From Planctomycetales bacterium (GTDB taxonomy: Bacteria > 4484-113), in the NCBI GenBank assembly GCA_037445915.1, contig JBBIJQ010000024.1, forward strand, positions 1,340 through 30,988: a DNA stretch of 29,649 nucleotides, in the 5' to 3' direction. Made by a program: the position numbers and the translations under genes. Below, piece after piece: positions 17,859 to 27,400 of the stretch. A model generated the notes under the pieces. That model made no database searches. It saw only the letters and a program-made list of their open reading frames with translations, and had not been told where the DNA came from. Each line of letters opens with the position of its first letter. Within the stretch, counting starts at the first letter, position 1.

Positions 17859-18983
17859 CTAATCCATACGGATTGGCATGACGATATATACGAATCCCGG
17901 CTTGTCGGGGACTTCCACCTTGAGCGGGTTCACTTCGCTAGTCCAGTTCAAGTCAACCGTGTCTGCGTCAATGACCGATAGCAAGTCAACGAGGTATCCA
18001 GGATTAAGCGCAATGCGCATGTCGGCGAACGGCTTGCCTTTCGTGAAAGGCATCTCTTCAACGCCTTTGCCGACTTCCTGCGATTCGCTCAAAATGATAA
18101 GGCTGTTGCCTGAAGTCTCCAGGCGCACGACTGGGTTTTGTTCCTTCACTTTGAAGACAATCAGCACGCGCTGGAGCGCTTCGCGCAGCGCGGTGCGGTT
18201 CACGTTGGCGATTGATTTGCAGTCCTTGGGCACGACCTTGTTGTAGTCGGGATAGCGGACGTCAAACAGCGAGCCGCCGAAAGTCGTGTTGTCAAAGCGG
18301 AAGAAGACTTGGTTGCTTAGGTAGTAAACTTCAACGGGCTTCCCCTCTTCGGCAGTGAGCGCGCGGCTAAGCTCGCCCACTATCGTCGTGGGGATGAGCA
18401 GGCTCTTATCCTTCACCTCTGGCGAGGGGTTGTCCATCCTCTCCACCGCAAGGCGGTGGCCGTCTGTCGCGACGATGTCAAGGCTCTCTTCGTGGAAGTT
18501 GAGCAGCACGCCGTGCGTGTAATGGCTTGTCGTCCCGCCGATGTCCTTGGCGGCGCTGAAGACAGTGCGACCCAGCGCGGCCTTGAGCAGCCCCGATGAA
18601 ATCTGCGCAAGCTTGCCTTCCTCAAAGAGCGGGAAGCTGGGAAAGTTCTCGTCCGGGAGGATGTTGATGTCATAAACTGAAAAGCCGCTCGTGACCTTGA
18701 GCACGCCGTCTTTGCGCTCAAGCACAACATCCTTCTTCGGCAGCCGCGACACAAGGTCAACAAACAGCCGCGCGGGGACGAGCAGCGCGCCTTCGCGGTC
18801 GCAGGCGACGTCAAGCGTGTGCTCAATTGTGAAGTCGCCGTCGGAGCCGGTGAGCGTCAGGCTCTTCTTGGCCGCTTGCAGGCGGATGTGCGCAAGCACA
18901 AGGTTCAAGGTGCGGCTGGATACCGCTTTGCTAACAAGGTTGAGCGCCTGGCTCAGGCGTTCCTGGGAGATGGAAAGTTTCAT
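17859..18983 (-). CDS. dnaN: DNA polymerase III beta sliding clamp
   Basis: About 374 aa; LTGSDGD, VPARLF, VATDGHRL, YPDYNKVVP, IALNPGYLVD and C-terminal IVMPIR. AGGAGG SD before tandem ATGs (18986/18983); TGcTATAAT at 19011-19019. Confidence 0.95.
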   Translation of the reverse strand: MKLSISQERLSQALNLVSKAVSSRTLNLVLAHIRLQAAKKSLTLTGSDGDFTIEHTLDVACDREGALLVPARLFVDLVSRLPKKDVVLERKDGVLKVTSGFSVYDINILPDENFPSFPLFEEGKLAQISSGLLKAALGRTVFSAAKDIGGTTSHYTHGVLLNFHEESLDIVATDGHRLAVERMDNPSPEVKDKSLLIPTTIVGELSRALTAEEGKPVEVYYLSNQVFFRFDNTTFGGSLFDVRYPDYNKVVPKDCKSIANVNRTALREALQRVLIVFKVKEQNPVVRLETSGNSLIILSESQEVGKGVEEMPFTKGKPFADMRIALNPGYLVDLLSVIDADTVDLNWTSEVNPLKVEVPDKPGFVYIVMPIRMD

Positions 18984-19044
18984 CATGCCCCTCCTGGGAT
19001 AGGAAAGGAGATTATAGCAGAAGCTTTGGCGCGGCGCATCAGCC

Positions 19045-19073
19045 TTGCCGCCAAGGTGTAGGAGGGCTAGAAT
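19045..19073 (+). promoter_or_regulatory. Sigma70-type promoter for mqnE-mqnA-mqnC (likely leaderless)
   Basis: TTGCCG (19045-19050), 17-nt spacer, TAGAAT (19068-19073), then 7 nt to GTG 19081. Confidence 0.55.
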
Positions 19074-19080
19074 AGCGGCG

Positions 19081-20157
19081 GTGAAGGAGATTTCCCAGGA
19101 ATTGCGCCGAAAGGCGCAGGCGCGGGAGCGGCTGTCGCCGGACGAGGCCGTTTTCCTGCTGACCGAAGCCCCCCTGCACGGCCTTGGGGCGCTGGCGCAC
19201 GAAATCAGGATGGCTTGGCACGGCGAAAAGGCGTTCATGGCCGCCAACCGGCACGTCAACTACACGAACATCTGCACCAGCCGATGCAGCTTCTGCTCTT
19301 ACCGCGCGGACGCAGGCGTCGCGGGCGCATTCCTGCTCCAGCCGCGCGAGGCTGCGGCGATGCTGCACGAGGCCGGCATGGACGGCATAACCGAGCTGCA
19401 TGTCGTCGGCTCGCTCGCGCCCAAGGAGATGGCGGGCTTTGGCTATTACGTGGAGCTTTTGCGCGCGCTGCGGGAGGCGTTCCCAGGCATAAGCCTCAAG
19501 GCGTTCACGGCGGTGGAAGTCGTGTGGATGGCGAAGCTCGCGGGCAAGCCGGTGGAGGCAGTGCTCGCGGAGTTGAAGGCGGCAGGGCTGGATGCGATGC
19601 CGGGCGGCGGCGCTGAGATATTTGACGAAGAAGTGCGGCGTGAAATATGCGCCGGGAAGATTAGCGGCGAGGAGTGGCTAAGCGTTCACCGCTCCGCGCA
19701 CAAGCTTGGCATCCCCACGAATGCGACGATGCTCTACGGCCACATTGAGCGCTCTGAGCATATAGCAGACCACCTGCTGCGCCTCTACGACTTGCAGGCG
19801 GAGACAGGCGGCTTTCAGGCGTTCGTGCCGCTACCCTACCAGCCGTGGGAGGGGGGGCTTGCGTGCGCAGGAAGCACGGGGGTGGACGACTTGCGCGTGC
19901 TCGCGGCGTCGCGCATCGTGCTTAGCAACGTCCCGCATATAAAGGCATACTGGATTGGTTTCGGGCTGAAGCTTGCGCAGGTGATGCTCGCCTGGGGCGC
20001 GGACGACCTGGACGGCACAATCGGCAGCGAGCGCATCTTCCACGCTGCGGGCGCAAAGACGCCGGCAGGGGTAACATTGGACGCGTTAGCTGCTATTATT
20101 AACGGCGCGGGGCTGCGGCCTGTGCTTAGGGACGCGCTTTACCGCGAACTCACCTGA
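19081..20157 (+). CDS. mqnE: Aminofutalosine synthase (CofH/MqnE radical SAM)
   Basis: NYTNICTSRCSFC, ELHVVG, KAFTAVE, MPGGGAEIF, TNATMLYGHIE, HIKAYW and GADDLDGT; adjacent to mqnA and mqnC. Confidence 0.9.
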   Translation: MKEISQELRRKAQARERLSPDEAVFLLTEAPLHGLGALAHEIRMAWHGEKAFMAANRHVNYTNICTSRCSFCSYRADAGVAGAFLLQPREAAAMLHEAGMDGITELHVVGSLAPKEMAGFGYYVELLRALREAFPGISLKAFTAVEVVWMAKLAGKPVEAVLAELKAAGLDAMPGGGAEIFDEEVRREICAGKISGEEWLSVHRSAHKLGIPTNATMLYGHIERSEHIADHLLRLYDLQAETGGFQAFVPLPYQPWEGGLACAGSTGVDDLRVLAASRIVLSNVPHIKAYWIGFGLKLAQVMLAWGADDLDGTIGSERIFHAAGAKTPAGVTLDALAAIINGAGLRPVLRDALYRELT

Positions 20158-20174
20158 TACCGGGGAGAAAGGGT

Positions 20175-20933
20175 ATGGCTGAGAAGTATAAGGTTGGGCT
20201 TCTTCCATTTCTGAACGCCTTGCCGCTGGTTTACAGGCTGCAAACGCGCGACTCGGTAGAGCCGGTTTGGGGAATGCCGTCAGAACTGTTTCATTTGATG
20301 CAAGCGGGGAAGCTGGACGCGGCGCTGACATCCTCCTTCGTGTATGCGGCGAAGCTGCGCACGCGCATTACCGATCTCGGCGTGGCGGCCGAAGGGCGCG
20401 TGCTCACGGTTATGCTCTACTCCCAGGACCCGCTTGATATGGTTGAGGTGATTGAGGAAGACCCTGCGAGCCTGACTAGCAACGCCCTCATGCGCATCAT
20501 TTTCCACGAGCGCAGGCAGCACGTGAAGTTCATCCCCTGCCCTAACTTGCGCGGGAGGCTTGCGCCGCGCACCGGCCGCATCGTCATCGGAGACCATAAC
20601 TTCCAGCCGCCGTTTACTTACCACCACGCCTATGATGTTGCTGCGCTTTTCCACAGCATCTTCAAGCTGCCGGTTGTCTTTGCACTCTGGCAAGGCGGAG
20701 ACAGTACACCGCAACCGCTAGTGGAGCTGCTTGAGCGCGCCTACGCCGAGGTTGAAGCAGACTGGGAAGGGACTTACAAGTATGCAGTCCGCGAGTGGGC
20801 CATCACCCACCAGGCGGTTGAGGAATACTTCGGGACCATCCTCCACTTCCGGCTCACACCGCGCGACCAGGACTTCCTGGAACTTTTCGGCCGCAAGGTG
20901 CATGAGCTAAAGCTCGTGAACCTGGGGCAATAG
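20175..20933 (+). CDS. mqnA: Chorismate dehydratase (futalosine pathway)
   Basis: PFLNALPL, GMPSEL, DPASLTSNAL, RIVIGD and LPVVFALW; lies between mqnE and mqnC. Confidence 0.85.
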   Translation: MAEKYKVGLLPFLNALPLVYRLQTRDSVEPVWGMPSELFHLMQAGKLDAALTSSFVYAAKLRTRITDLGVAAEGRVLTVMLYSQDPLDMVEVIEEDPASLTSNALMRIIFHERRQHVKFIPCPNLRGRLAPRTGRIVIGDHNFQPPFTYHHAYDVAALFHSIFKLPVVFALWQGGDSTPQPLVELLERAYAEVEADWEGTYKYAVREWAITHQAVEEYFGTILHFRLTPRDQDFLELFGRKVHELKLVNLGQ

Positions 20934-20944
20934 GCGAAACGGAC

Positions 20945-22030
20945 GTGCCTCGCGCGCTTACTTACGATGAGACTGCAAAGCTCGCAGCAAAGCCGCTAGA
21001 AGGCGGAAGGCTTAAGCAAGACGAGGGTATCGCACTGCTGGAAGGCGGGAACATCCACGCAATAAGCGCCGCCGCGCACGAGTTTCGGTTGCGCAAGGCT
21101 GATGCCACAAGCGTGACCTACGTCGTTGACCGCAACACTAATTACACGAACATCTGCGTGACGCGCTGCGCGTTTTGCGCATTCTCATGCGATGAAGGCG
21201 AGTCGGATGCGTATGTGCATCCATACGACCCTATTCTCAAGGCAAAGATTGCCGAGGCCGTCTCGCTTGGCGCGACGCAGATACTCATGCAGGGCGGGCA
21301 TCATCCCGCGCTGCCGCTTTCGTGGTATGAGGAGCTTGCGCGCAACATCAAGCGCGACTTCCCCGCGATAACGCTGCACAGCTTTTCCGCGCCGGAGATT
21401 GTGCACATCGCGCGCCTGTCGGGGCTTGCGCCGCGAGAAGTGCTGGCGCGCCTGCGCGATGCAGGGCTGGACAGCCTTCCCGGCGGCGGCGCGGAAATAC
21501 TAGTGCAGCGCGTGCGCGATGTCGTGTCGCCGCGAAAGGCGAGCGCGGACGAATGGCTAAGCGTGATGCGCGATGCGCATACGCTGGGGATGCGCACGAC
21601 GGCGACGATGATGTTCGGGCATGTTGAAACGCTGCCCGAGCGCATTGAGCACCTTGAACGCATCCGCGCGCTGCAGGACGAAACCGACGGCTTCACCGCG
21701 TTTATCTGCTGGGCGTTTCAGCCGGAGAACACGCCGCTTGGCGGGGCGGCCATAGGCGGGCTGGAATACCTGCGCATGCTCGCCGTGTCGCGGCTGTATT
21801 TGGATAACTTCGCGAACCTGCAGGCGTCTTGGGTGACTATGGGGCCGAAGGTGGGGCAGCTTGCGCTGCTCTTCGGCGCAAACGACATGGGCGGGACGAT
21901 GCTGGAGGAAAACGTCGTCGCCGCCGCAGGCACGAGCTATTCCCTCACCGAGGCCGAGCTTCGCCGCCTCATCACTTCCGCCGGCTTCGCGCCCATGAAG
22001 CGCGCCACCGATTACACGCTGTTGGAGTAA
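20945..22030 (+). CDS. mqnC: Cyclic dehypoxanthinyl futalosine synthase (radical SAM)
   Basis: YVVDRNTNYTNICVTRCAFCAF, LMQGGHHP, PGGGAEIL, TATMMFGH, QASWVTMG and GTMLEENVV. Confidence 0.93.
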   Translation: MPRALTYDETAKLAAKPLEGGRLKQDEGIALLEGGNIHAISAAAHEFRLRKADATSVTYVVDRNTNYTNICVTRCAFCAFSCDEGESDAYVHPYDPILKAKIAEAVSLGATQILMQGGHHPALPLSWYEELARNIKRDFPAITLHSFSAPEIVHIARLSGLAPREVLARLRDAGLDSLPGGGAEILVQRVRDVVSPRKASADEWLSVMRDAHTLGMRTTATMMFGHVETLPERIEHLERIRALQDETDGFTAFICWAFQPENTPLGGAAIGGLEYLRMLAVSRLYLDNFANLQASWVTMGPKVGQLALLFGANDMGGTMLEENVVAAAGTSYSLTEAELRRLITSAGFAPMKRATDYTLLE

Positions 22031-22086
22031 GCCGCATCACGCGTTCTTCCTGCGCGCACCGCATCCCCTGTGCTAACATTTCGCTG

Positions 22087-23274
22087 ATGGACGAAAAGCT
22101 ACATATTGATTCGCAGGCGATACACGGTGACGCGCGCGAGGATGCGCCGGAGCTCTCAGGCGTTGCGCCGATGTTTATGACCTCATCGTTTGGCTTCGCG
22201 AGCGTTGAGGAAGGCGCGGAAATCGCGCGCGGGCACGGCGAAGGGCACATGTATACGCGCCAAAGCAACCCCACGATTGCGCGATGGGAAGAGCGCATCG
22301 CTGTGCTTGAGGGCGCAGCAGGCGGATGCGCGGCCGCGTCGGGCATGGGGGCGATAAGCGGCGCGGTGATGCACATCGTGCGCGCTGGCGAGAGCTTCAT
22401 CGCACCTCCGACGCTGTATTCAGGGAGCGTGCGCTTCTTCCGCGACATCCTACCGCGCTACGGCGTTGAATGCCGTTTTGTGGACTTGCGCGAGCCGGGC
22501 GCGTTGAAGGCTGCGGCTGATGCAAAAACGCGCGCGCTATATTTGGAGTCGCCTGACAATCCCCTGCTGCGCATGCACGACGTGGAGGCACTCATCAACG
22601 AGGCGCACGCGCTTGGCCTGCGCGTCATTTTTGACAACACATTCAACACGCCGCTGCTCTTTCGGCCGATGGATTGGGGCGCGGACGTCGTCGTGCATTC
22701 CGCGACGAAATACCTTTCGGGCCACGGGCATGTCATCGGCGGCATCATCCTTGCGCGGGACGAGGCGCTCCTGCGCGAGATACACCACGAAACCGTTTAC
22801 AACTTCGGCGCGACAATGTCGCCGTTCAACGCATGGCTCCTGCTGTTGTCGGCGGAGACGCTGCCTGTGCGCATGAAGCGGCACTGCGAAAACGCGTTGG
22901 AAATCGCGAAGTTACTGGAAACGCATGCGAAAACCGCGTGGGTGAACTATCCTGGCCTCGCGTCGCATCCCGAGCATTCGCTGGCGAAGAAGTACCTGCC
23001 GGACGGCTGCGGCGGGATGATTGCGTTTGGATTGAAGGGCGGGGCTGAGGCGTGCTCGCGCGCGCTTGACGCGGTGAATCTCATCACGCACCAGGTGAGC
23101 CTCGGCGACGCGAAAAGCCTGATGATTCACCCGTTCAGCATGATGTTTGAGACGATGCCGGAGGACGAGCGCAGGAAGCTGGGGATAATGCCGGAGATGC
23201 TGCGCCTCTCGGTCGGCCTTGAAGATGTGCGCGACCTCATCGCCGATTTGGAACAGGCGCTGGAGAGGGCGTAG
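22087..23274 (+). CDS. PLP-dependent Cys/Met metabolism enzyme (trans-sulfuration family, 395 aa)
   Basis: YTRQSNPT, ASGMGAI, ESPDNP, DNTF, HSATKYLSGHG, VSLGD and RLSVGLED. It has TLYSGS rather than the YGCT Cys typical of methionine gamma-lyase, so the exact activity is unresolved. Start reassigned to ATG 22087. Confidence 0.88.
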   Translation: MDEKLHIDSQAIHGDAREDAPELSGVAPMFMTSSFGFASVEEGAEIARGHGEGHMYTRQSNPTIARWEERIAVLEGAAGGCAAASGMGAISGAVMHIVRAGESFIAPPTLYSGSVRFFRDILPRYGVECRFVDLREPGALKAAADAKTRALYLESPDNPLLRMHDVEALINEAHALGLRVIFDNTFNTPLLFRPMDWGADVVVHSATKYLSGHGHVIGGIILARDEALLREIHHETVYNFGATMSPFNAWLLLLSAETLPVRMKRHCENALEIAKLLETHAKTAWVNYPGLASHPEHSLAKKYLPDGCGGMIAFGLKGGAEACSRALDAVNLITHQVSLGDAKSLMIHPFSMMFETMPEDERRKLGIMPEMLRLSVGLEDVRDLIADLEQALERA

Positions 23275-23300
23275 GGGCGAGGGATTAGGGTTCCTGAATT

Positions 23301-23417
23301 TGGAGCGGCACTGAAGCAAGCCAGCGTCCGGCTGGTGCCGCCTACGTGTTAATTGGCATATCTTCTCCTAAGCAATGTACCCCCCAATTGTAGGCGGGAC
23401 TTTAGTCCCGCTCTGGA
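23301..23417. repeat. Two REP-like palindromes between convergent PLP-enzyme gene and ftsY
   Basis: 23301-23345 on - (gtaggcggcac...gtgccgctcca, long loop) and 23390-23417 on + (gtaggcgggactttagtcccgctctgga; 26/28 identical to 17688-17715). Confidence 0.8.
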
Positions 23418-23428
23418 ATCCGAAAGCC

Positions 23429-24412
23429 CTAAGGCTCAAGCATCTCACGGACGAATTCGGCGGCGTCAAACTCAACGATGTCGTCCGCCTGTTCGCCGAC
23501 GCCGAGGAACACGACCGGCACCTTCGCCGCCTTCACGACGGGGAAGATGACGCCGCCCTTCGCGGTGCCGTCAATCTTGTTGAGGATGATGCCGTGCAGC
23601 GGGACGGCCTCGGCGAAAAGCTGCGCCTGCGATATCGCGTTTTGCCCCGTCGTCGCGTCAAGCACCAGGAAGTTCACCTCGTGCAGCGCGGCAGCCGCAT
23701 TCACCCCGCGCTTCTCCGCGACCTTGCGCGCGGCGCGCCCGACCTTGCTCAGCTCGTCCATCAGCGACTTTTTCGTCTGCATGCGCCCCGCGGTGTCAAC
23801 TAGCACCGCGTTCTTTCCCTGCGCCAGCGCGTGCTCTACCGCGTTGAACACGACGCTCGCGGGATCAGCGCCTTCCGCGCCGGTGATGACGGGGAAGCCG
23901 ATGCGCTTACCCCAAATGCAAAGCTGCTCCACGGCGGCGGCGCGGAATGTGTCGGCGGCCGCTGCCACGCAGGTTATTCCTTCCGCCTGCAATAACTTCG
24001 CTACCTTCGCAAGCATCGTCGTCTTCCCCACGCCGTTCACGCCCGCAAACAACACGACGGATAGCTTCCCCTCGGCGGTGATGCGCATCGGCTCGGCGGC
24101 GCTCAGCATCGCGGTGAGCTTTTGCCCCAGCAGCGCGCGCACTGCGTCAATGCTTGTCGCGCCGTGGTCTTTCGCCATGCGCTTCAAGTCTTTGACGATG
24201 ATGTCCGTCTCGGCAAGGCCGATGTCAGCCAGCACCAGCGCGTCGTGCAGCTCCGCGTAATACTCGTCGTCAACTTCGGTTCTGCCGGTCGCCGCAAGCT
24301 GCATTAGGTTCGTGAACGCGGCGCGCGTGCGGTTCAGGCCTTTGCGCCAGCGCGAAAGCTCGGCCTCGCTTGGCTTCGCTTCCTCCTTGCGCTTGCCGAA
24401 AAGCCGCATCAT
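23429..24412 (-). CDS. ftsY: Signal recognition particle receptor FtsY
   Basis: GVNGVGKTT, DTFRAAAVEQL, DTAGR, LDATTGQN and KIDGTAKGG; ATGA overlap with the smc stop. Confidence 0.96.
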   Translation of the reverse strand: MMRLFGKRKEEAKPSEAELSRWRKGLNRTRAAFTNLMQLAATGRTEVDDEYYAELHDALVLADIGLAETDIIVKDLKRMAKDHGATSIDAVRALLGQKLTAMLSAAEPMRITAEGKLSVVLFAGVNGVGKTTMLAKVAKLLQAEGITCVAAAADTFRAAAVEQLCIWGKRIGFPVITGAEGADPASVVFNAVEHALAQGKNAVLVDTAGRMQTKKSLMDELSKVGRAARKVAEKRGVNAAAALHEVNFLVLDATTGQNAISQAQLFAEAVPLHGIILNKIDGTAKGGVIFPVVKAAKVPVVFLGVGEQADDIVEFDAAEFVREMLEP

Positions 24413-27400
24413 TGCGCCCCACCTTCCACGTAGCCTTCAGCCTGCTTGAGCGTGACTTCCAGCACGCGCGAGACTCCGCGCGGCTGCGTCACCACGCCGA
24501 CGAGGCGCTGCATTACTTTCATCGTGTGCTTGTTGTGCGTGATGATAATGAATTGCTCTTGCTGCGAAAGGTCTTGCAGCAAGCGCAGCAAGCGCACGAC
24601 GTTAACGTCGTCAAGCGCGGCGTCAACTTCGTCTAGCACGCAGAAACTGCCTGGGCGCACCATGTGCACGGCGATGAACAGGGCGATGAATAGAAGGCTG
24701 CGCTCGCCGCCGGACAGCGACTTGAGGTTTTGCCGCCGCCCGTTGGGGAGCTGCACTTCAATTTCCACGCCGGACGCGGTGAGGTTGTCCGGCTCGGTCA
24801 GGCGGAAGCGCGCGAAGCCGCCGCCGAAGAGCTGCACAAACAGCTCGTTGAACTTCGCTTCAATGCGCTTGAGGCTTGCGGCAAAGCGTTCCTTCGTCTG
24901 CGCATCCAGCCGCTCCAGCGCGTTTTGCGTGTCGGCCGCAGCAAGCTGCAAGTCCTCTTCCTGGCGCTGGAGGAAAGTTAGGCGCTGGCGCTTTTCCGCA
25001 TATTCGCGCGGCGCAAGCGGGTTCACTTCACCCAAGTTAGCCAGCGCGCGCTCCACGCGGGAAAGCTCCTCGCGGCAGTCCTTCTCGCCAATCGCGCGGT
25101 AATCAAGCATCGGCGCCATCTCGCGCGCCGGCGCGTCAACCGTCTCCACTGCCTTCACCGCGCCGAAGCTCGGGTGAAACTCCGAGGGCTGCACCTGCGG
25201 GCGCACGATGTCGCGCTCAAGCTCGTGCATCATCGTTATGACGGAGATGCCGAGGCTGCCGTGAACTTCGCGGAACACTTCGGCAAGCTCGCTTTCCGCC
25301 TGCCACATGCGCTCGTTTTGGTCGGTGGACGACGCTGCCAAGCGCTGCTGGCTATCCAACAGCGATTGAAGCTCGGAGTTGAGCTGCTCACGCCACGCGG
25401 CAAGCTCCGTCTGGCGCGCTGTGAATCCCGACGCATCGCTCTCTGATGCGGCAAGCTTCTCCGCCAGCGCTTTCAGCGATTCGGCATTCGCCGTTTGCTC
25501 GCGCGTGAGCGTGGCAAGCTCGCTTTCCATGCCGGCACGAGCAGCTTCATTGCGCGCGCATTCCGCTTCCAGCGCTGATGTTTCGCGGGCGAGGCGCGCA
25601 CATTCCGCATCCACGACTTCGCGCTCGCCGGCAATGCGCAGGCGGCCATTCTCCAATTCGCGTATCTTCTCGCGGTGCTGTATCAAGCGCTCTTCGCTGG
25701 CCTTGAGGTTCGCAGCCTGACGCTCGGTTTCGCCGCCCATCTTTTGCAGCTCCGCCGCCAGCGTTTCATGCTTCGCCTGGAGCGATTGCTCAAGCGCATT
25801 TAGCTCGGAAAGCTGCGCTACCAGCGCCTTGTGCTGCGCCGCCAGCTTCTCGCGCTCGCCGGATACGCCCTTCTCACGTGACTCTGCCTCAGTGAGCTTG
25901 CTGCGCAGGTCAACCGACATAACTTGCAGGTTGCGCACAGCCTTGTCCCAATGCGTAATCTCGCCGGCGAAGCGGTTGCGCTGCTCATCCAGCGAGCGCA
26001 CGCGCTCTTCAATGACCACGCGCTTCTCCGCCAGCGCGACGATTTCCTCGTCCACGCGCGGCAGCTCGGCATGCTTGTGGAACAGCAGCGTGGCTTCGGG
26101 CGCGCCGGGCTTGCGGATGACGCCGCGCGTAAGCAGCGTCAGCGCAGGGCGGATGAGGCATCCGCTTAGGCCGCTGTGTTCGGCGAGCAGCGCTTGCGCA
26201 TCGGCAGCGGTGTTCACTACGGCGATTTCGCCGAGCGCAGTGCGCAATGCTGAAATGACGCGGCGCTCGCCGTGCAGGAAACCCCACAAGCTTTCCCAAG
26301 GCTTCTGCTGGGTTTCTGCGGCGAGGTTTTGCGGCGCGATGAATATGCCGTGCAGCGAGGGCTCGCCGACTATTTGTTCGCCGTTTCCGTCCGCGATGAC
26401 AAACGCTTTTGCGACTTCACCCAGCGCAAGTTCCACCGCTTCCGACCATTCGTCCTCAAAACTGATGAGGTCAAGCAGCGGCGTGAGTTGCAGCGCCGAC
26501 GCACTTTCGCCGGTGGCGTAGAAATCGGCCTTGAGCGCTTCGTATGTATTTTTCATCGCGGCGAGGTAGCTCGCGCGCTCGTTAACCGACGCAAGCTCGC
26601 GCTCGGATGCGCGCAGGTCGTCGGAAAGCTTTGTGAACTGCGCGCGCATCTCCTCAAGCCTGCGCTGCTCGGCAGTCAGCCGTTCTTCCTTCGCAACGAA
26701 ATCTAGCGATAACTGGTCGCGCGATGATTGCAGCTTGCTTAGCTCCTCCGCGCGCGTCTGGCGGTCGGCTTCAATCTCCTTGATGCGCCGCTCGCATATT
26801 TGCCGGTCGCGCTGCGAATTCGCCAGCTTCTCCTTCGTCACCGCAAGCTCTCGTTCCGCATCCGACCTGCGCTTGCCCGCGGCGTTCATCTCATCACGCA
26901 GCCACGAAAGCGAGTTTTCCTCGCGCAGCACAAGCTCTTCGGCCTTGCGCAGCATCCCGTCGGCTTCCTCAAGCAGCTTCGCGCTTCCAGCCACGCGCTC
27001 GTCAAGCCCGGCGCGCATTTTCCCGATTTCCTCAAGGCGAAGGCGAGACGATTGCAGCCGCGCGGTTTCTTCCTGAATCCTCAGCGCAAGCGAGCGACCC
27101 TTTTCCTGCATCACGCTGTCGCTTATGCGCAAGCGCGAATGCTCCTCGCGCAGCCTCGCCAGTTCGTCCACCAGCTCACGGTTCTGGCGCAGCGCTTCCG
27201 CCGCATCCCGCTCCGCTTGCTCAAGCTCGCTTCTGCGCGCCGCGATTGATTCCTCAAGCTTGGCGGTGCGCTCCGCATGGCCCGCCCGCTCGGCGGCAAC
27301 CTTCTCGTATCTCGCGGCGGCGGAGAGCAGCCTTCCCCGGATGAGCTTCCCGGCAAGCCAGCGCCGCAGCTCGCCCAGGTATTCATGGCGCAGCGCGTCC

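Noticed and set aside
16891-22086. Long N-terminal extensions on maf, dnaN, mqnE and the PLP enzyme in the ORF track (also folC, ccdA, ftcD, mazG)
   Set aside because: They overlap neighbouring genes or promoter regions; homology and promoter or SD signals point to downstream starts.
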